In this document: positions 10,250-13,026 of the stretch, in pieces
Layout of the letters: each line of letters begins with the position of its first letter
How positions within the stretch are numbered: the first letter of the stretch is position 1
Source of the DNA: Candidatus Eiseniibacteriota bacterium
Lineage (GTDB): Bacteria; ARS69
Direction: 5' to 3'
Assembly: GCA_052390515.1 (NCBI GenBank)
Contig: JBQTGV010000060.1
Location: 1-13,026, forward strand
Length of the DNA stretch: 13,026 nt
Program-made: the position numbers and the translations under genes
Notes under the pieces: model-generated
Seen by the model: only the letters and a program-made list of their open reading frames with translations
Told to the model about the DNA's origin: nothing
Databases searched by the model: none

Positions 10250-13026
10250 CGGACCACCGCGAACTTGCCCGTGTGCGTCTCGACGCTCGCGCCGGACCGA
10301 GCACGCACCGAGCAGACGTAGACGCCGCTCGCCAGCCGGCTGCCGGGCAGGGTCACGACGTTCTCGGTGTTCGGGAACGCGGTCCCGTCCAGGACCTCCA
10401 CCTCTTCGCCGGCGAGGTTGTACAGGCGGATCTCGACGGCAGTCGCGGAGGTGAGAGCGGCTCCGAGGGTGTAGCGGATGGAGATGAGATCGTTCCGCGC
10501 CATCACCGGATTGGGGTACACGCTGACCGGCCCGCGCAGGATCCCGCCGACCTGCAGCCCGGGGGCGGGGAGGCGTGCCGGATCGAAGGAGGAGTGCAAC
10601 GCGGGCCCGCCGCCGAACATGCCCCAGGCGGGGTTCGTCGCCGAGGGCTGTGCGGAGAGGATCCGCGCGTACGCCTGTCCGTCGCTGGACTGCACGAACA
10701 GGTCGAGCCGCCCGTCCCCGTTCGCGTCCAGCACGCACGGAGTCGAGCGCACCGCATTCCCGGTCACGAACGGGAAGCCGTCGACGAGCTCGCCTTGGGA
10801 GTCGATGGCGCGCACGGTGAAGTCGACGAAGCCGACGAGCACGTCCTGCCGTCCGTCACCGTCCACGTCCGCGACCACCGGGCCAGGGACCGGCGTGCCG
10901 ATCCCCGGGAAGTCCGCGAGCCGCGGGTGTGCCGGCCAGCCCGGCATCTGCGTGCCGTTGTAGTTGAAGGCGTGTACGGCGTTGCCTCCGGAGGTCAGCG
11001 CGACTTCCAGCAGCCCGTCCCCGTCCAGATCGCCGAAGGCCGGCGGCCCGGCGATGGGCGCCTCGACCTTCCTCGGCCAGCCCGGCATCGTCTGCCCGCC
11101 GGAGTCGAGCAGCGTCACCCAGCCGCCGTCTGCCGCGAGGAAGATCTCGAGGTCGTTGTTCTCCGGGCTCCGATCCAGGTCCGCGAGACCGATCCAGACG
11201 CGCTCCGCGGTGATGCCCTCGTCGATCGGCTGCCCCACCCGGTGCGTGCGGACCCCGTCCCGGTTGAAGCGCTGGATGTGCACGCTGTCATCCCACGCGT
11301 AGGTCACGATGCCGTCCAGGACGTTGTCACTGTTCACGTCACCGAAGGCCAGCGTCGAGAGGAGCACCTCCGCGGAGTCGGCGAGCGTGCCGAGCAGCGG
11401 CCTCGGCGAGAAGAGGTTCGCCGGAACACCGGCGGAGACGTCCCAACCGTTCAGGTACCCGTCGCGGGTCACGAAGTACAGCTCGTCCGTGCCGTCGGAG
11501 TCGAGGTCCGCGGGAATCGGAGACCAGGCCGGGCGGGCGGACAGCGGGAACTCGGCGAACACTCCGAGGGAGTCCGCGCGGCCGAACGGAACTCCTGCGG
11601 CCGACCAGCAATGCACCGTGCCGGAGTCAGTTGCCACGATCATCTCCAGGCCGGGGTTCCCATCGAGGTTCCCGGCGGCTTGCGTGTACTCCGGCGTGCC
11701 ACGGAGACGCCCGGCGGGTACCGGCTGCGGCCAGGCGCCCGAGACGTCCACCTGCCCGTCCCCGTCGCGGTCCTCGTACTCGAAGACGAACATCGACGAG
11801 TCCCCGGCCACGCACAGCTCCGCCTCCAGGTCGCCGTCGGTGTCCGCGGCGGTCGTCGAGGTCAGCCCGGAAGTCCCGTAGGGGCCGATTCGGGCCGGCC
11901 AGCCGCGGGGCTTGGACGAGAAGCTGAAGTCCATGGTGATCACCTGGCCACGCGGACCGATGTCGGTGATCCAGATGTTCGACGGAGATCCCAGGTTGGA
12001 GTCGGAGTTCGGGCGCGTGTCCGGCGTGAAATTCGCGTTGTTGTCGGCGTGGAATGTCTCCTTGTCCGTACCCAGGAAGTCGATCGAGTACGGGCTGCCG
12101 ATGTCGATGATCCCGTCCGCCTCCTCGATGGTCACCGAACGCTTCTCGTAGTCCACGTTCAGCCCGCGACCGCTCAGGAGATTCGCCAGCGCCTGGCGCT
12201 CGTCGACGTGCCAGATCAGCACGCCCGGATCCACGAGCAGATCGTAGTTGTGGCTGAGCTCGTCGCTGTCGCCCTTGATCGGTCCGAGGATGACGCCGGT
12301 CGAGTCGTCCTGGTCGAGCGCCGTGTTCAGGAACCCGGCCGAGTCTCGCCCGTCGAGGTCGTCCACGCGGTTCTCGACCAGGAAGTACTCGGTGTCGCTG
12401 ATGGAGAGCCGGTACCACTTCTGCTGGGCTCCGGGCAGGGAGGCGGTCTGGTCCTGGATCGCGCGGAGGCGGGCGCGGGGCATGTCGCCCTTCACCTCGA
12501 ACGGATCGAGCCCGAAGCGGAAGGTCACGAGCCAGCGGCTCCAGGCACCGATCGCCGAGGGCAGCACGCCGATGATCTCGGTCAGCTCGCCGGACGTGGG
12601 GTGCGGGACGAGGACGCTGGTCAGGTTGCCGCTGTCCATGACGTCGTAGAAGGCGACCGTCGGCGAGAAAGTCTCCACGTTGTAGATGTCCAACAGCCCG
12701 AGCTGGTGACCCATCTCGTGCGCGATCCCGCCGTTCAGCCCGACGTTGAAGCCGTCCTGGCTCGCCGTCTCGGGGTAGGTGATCATCGTCGTGAGCGTGT
12801 CGCCCTCGCCGGTCAGCACGACGTCGGAATCGCTGAAGGCGATGGAGAACGTGGGCAGGTCGAGAGGCGTGTTCTGCAGCACGTCGTTCTGCCAGTCCGA
12901 GCCGGCGTGCACGACGAAATAGACGTCCCAGTCCGCCCAGACCAGATCGCTGTCGGCGTCCGCGGCGATCAGGGACTGCCGCGAGTAGTCGGTGAGTCCT
13001 TCGATGGAGAAGAGCTCGTCCTCGGT
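10246..13026 (-). CDS. M6-family (immune inhibitor A-like) zinc metalloprotease with FG-GAP repeats and a T9SS type A-like C-terminal sorting domain; 5'-truncated
   Basis: The frame stays open beyond the track start (12912) to the window edge (TEDELFSIEGLTDYSRQSLIAADADSDLVWADWDVYFVVHAG), 927 codons including the stop. It has VVHAG, HEMGHQLGLLD (HExxHxxGxxD, 12688-12720), a Met-turn YDVMDSG, EYFLVENR, GVLIWHVDE and EEADG. About 8 DxDGD-type FG-GAP repeats follow, then a tail VYPNP...IRLYNLAGE...LASGVY...GKFAVVR. Confidence 0.9.
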   Translation of the reverse strand, partial: TEDELFSIEGLTDYSRQSLIAADADSDLVWADWDVYFVVHAGSDWQNDVLQNTPLDLPTFSIAFSDSDVVLTGEGDTLTTMITYPETASQDGFNVGLNGGIAHEMGHQLGLLDIYNVETFSPTVAFYDVMDSGNLTSVLVPHPTSGELTEIIGVLPSAIGAWSRWLVTFRFGLDPFEVKGDMPRARLRAIQDQTASLPGAQQKWYRLSISDTEYFLVENRVDDLDGRDSAGFLNTALDQDDSTGVILGPIKGDSDELSHNYDLLVDPGVLIWHVDERQALANLLSGRGLNVDYEKRSVTIEEADGIIDIGSPYSIDFLGTDKETFHADNNANFTPDTRPNSDSNLGSPSNIWITDIGPRGQVITMDFSFSSKPRGWPARIGPYGTSGLTSTTAADTDGDLEAELCVAGDSSMFVFEYEDRDGDGQVDVSGAWPQPVPAGRLRGTPEYTQAAGNLDGNPGLEMIVATDSGTVHCWSAAGVPFGRADSLGVFAEFPLSARPAWSPIPADLDSDGTDELYFVTRDGYLNGWDVSAGVPANLFSPRPLLGTLADSAEVLLSTLAFGDVNSDNVLDGIVTYAWDDSVHIQRFNRDGVRTHRVGQPIDEGITAERVWIGLADLDRSPENNDLEIFLAADGGWVTLLDSGGQTMPGWPRKVEAPIAGPPAFGDLDGDGLLEVALTSGGNAVHAFNYNGTQMPGWPAHPRLADFPGIGTPVPGPVVADVDGDGRQDVLVGFVDFTVRAIDSQGELVDGFPFVTGNAVRSTPCVLDANGDGRLDLFVQSSDGQAYARILSAQPSATNPAWGMFGGGPALHSSFDPARLPAPGLQVGGILRGPVSVYPNPVMARNDLISIRYTLGAALTSATAVEIRLYNLAGEEVEVLDGTAFPNTENVVTLPGSRLASGVYVCSVRARSGASVETHTGKFAVVR
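10690..11915 (-). repeat. FG-GAP/VCBS-like repeat array within the protease
   Basis: Repeats ADTDGDLEAEL, GNLDGNPGLEM, ADLDSDGTDEL, GDVNSDNVLDG, ADLDRSPENNDLEI, GDLDGDGLLEV, ADVDGDGRQDV and LDANGDGRLDL, interleaved with GWP/AWP/GFP linkers. An exact 16-nt DNA repeat (cggccagcccggcatc, coding MPGWP) occurs at 10933-10948 and 11074-11089. Confidence 0.85.

Noticed and set aside
9413-10738. Long N-terminal extensions in the ORF track (starts at 10738, 9791, 8535, 5468 and 3040)
   Set aside because: Each extension overlaps the upstream gene and is mostly Arg/Pro-rich. Signal peptides, an SD site or stop/start overlaps point to starts at 10249, 9416, 8469/8472, 5201 and 2989.
10933-11089. 16-nt exact direct repeat as a mobile-element end or CRISPR-like repeat
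   Set aside because: There are only two copies, both in frame and both coding MPGWP in FG-GAP linkers, so the protein repeat explains them.

Overview
A very GC-rich bacterial window (roughly 70% GC by eye) filled by eight same-strand (minus) genes, with only 10 non-coding nucleotides (5202-5211). In transcription order (13026 to 1): (1) a 5'-truncated M6/immune-inhibitor-A-type zinc metalloprotease with about 8 FG-GAP repeats and a T9SS type A-like C-terminal sorting domain; (2) a 278-aa exported hypothetical protein with a DUF5683-like motif; (3) a six-repeat NHL beta-propeller with a signal peptide that seems to start at a non-canonical CTG; (4) a ~1085-aa uncharacterised outer-membrane protein with two SprA-like modules and a C-terminal Phe; (5) an Omp85 (BamA/TamA-family) protein with three POTRA domains; (6) a CYTH-domain protein; (7) NAD-dependent DNA ligase ligA; (8) a 3'-truncated GT-C glycosyltransferase resembling AftB/GT89, which is missing from the supplied ORF track. 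The most interesting element is genes 1-5, a tightly coupled candidate secretion or outer-membrane assembly module related to T9SS, probably from a high-GC FCB-group organism. All family assignments come from motifs recognised by eye, not from database searches. No RNA genes, CRISPR arrays, mobile elements or terminators were seen.
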